A model generated the notes under the pieces. It was not told the origin of the DNA, ran no database searches, and saw only the letters and a program-made list of their open reading frames with translations. From assembly GCA_043816185.1 (NCBI GenBank), contig JBDRIG010000037.1:1-27122 (forward strand): 27,122 bases of DNA, read 5' to 3'. A program made the translations under genes and the position numbers. Positions 26,807 through 27,122 of this stretch are shown here, piece after piece. The DNA comes from Elusimicrobiota bacterium (GTDB taxonomy: Bacteria; Elusimicrobiota; UBA8919). Each line of letters begins with the position of its first letter. The first letter of the stretch is position 1.

Positions 26807-26822
26807 TCGGAGTGAGAGGATT
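26807..26822 (-). other. Isolated tRNA-Pro-like 3' end (possible att remnant)
   Basis: Minus strand AATCCTCTCACTCCGA matches the T-loop end, 3' T-stem and acceptor strand typical of tRNA-Pro. The upstream GGTTC and the rest of the tRNA are absent. Confidence 0.5.
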
Positions 26823-26834
26823 GTTGATCTTGTT

Positions 26835-26908
26835 GTAGACACGAATTTATTTGTACAGCCGTCCTGCACGGTTGAAATCAACGGCGCACGGTCACAGACC
26901 GTGTCTAC
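26835..26908. repeat. GTAG-type REP-like element
   Basis: GTAGACACG...CACGGTCACAGACCGTGTCTAC. Homologous to 8976-9059. Confidence 0.8.
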
Positions 26909-27122
26909 ATAACAAACTTCGTTGGGTTCAGTTTGTCATTGCAGAGCGATAATAAATCGCCTTTCACCTTATTCCAATCGCAGAGCGAGGGAAAAGTTTC
27001 TGCAGAGCCTCAATTTGCGACTTATTTGTTCCAGGAGCAAATTGCAGAGCGAGTTCTGACGAGCGTCTCAAAGAAACTTATTCCCGAGCGCCCCTTAATG
27101 CCTTTCACCTTATATCATCGCA

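Noticed and set aside
26941..27122. Possible CRISPR array
   Set aside because: The repeats are short, irregularly spaced and embedded in long stems. There is no repeat-spacer periodicity and no cas gene in view.

Overview
AT-rich bacterial chromosomal window. The gene content and order are compatible with a groundwater-type lineage such as Elusimicrobiota; this is inference only. Almost all genes are housekeeping genes on the minus strand. From right to left: larB, a DUF155/RMD1-like membrane protein, exbB-exbD, a TIGR03936 protein plus rng, a SEC59/DGK-like kinase, a polysaccharide deacetylase, tRNA-Leu(CAA) on +, a coupled operon (AmmeMemoRadiSam radical SAM, DsbD_2-type membrane protein, membrane-fused spermidine-synthase-like protein), nadB between IS30 debris, two PpiC foldases, pdxA, ptsH, aspS, then phoH, a 7TM-HD protein, ybeY, a CNNM protein, corA and recO. 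The most notable layer is a nested set of small selfish repeats: CGTC-type and GTAG-type REP-like palindromes, a 117-bp MITE whose ends recur at the GTCATT site of the CGTC palindromes, a further orphan terminal-repeat family, and heptamer repeats. Palindromic or repeat-derived sequences also appear to be inserted in-frame into several conserved proteins (PdxA, AspS, YbeY, NadB, ExbB, the SpeE-like protein). A lone 16-bp tRNA-Pro-like 3' end near the right edge may mark an integration-site boundary.
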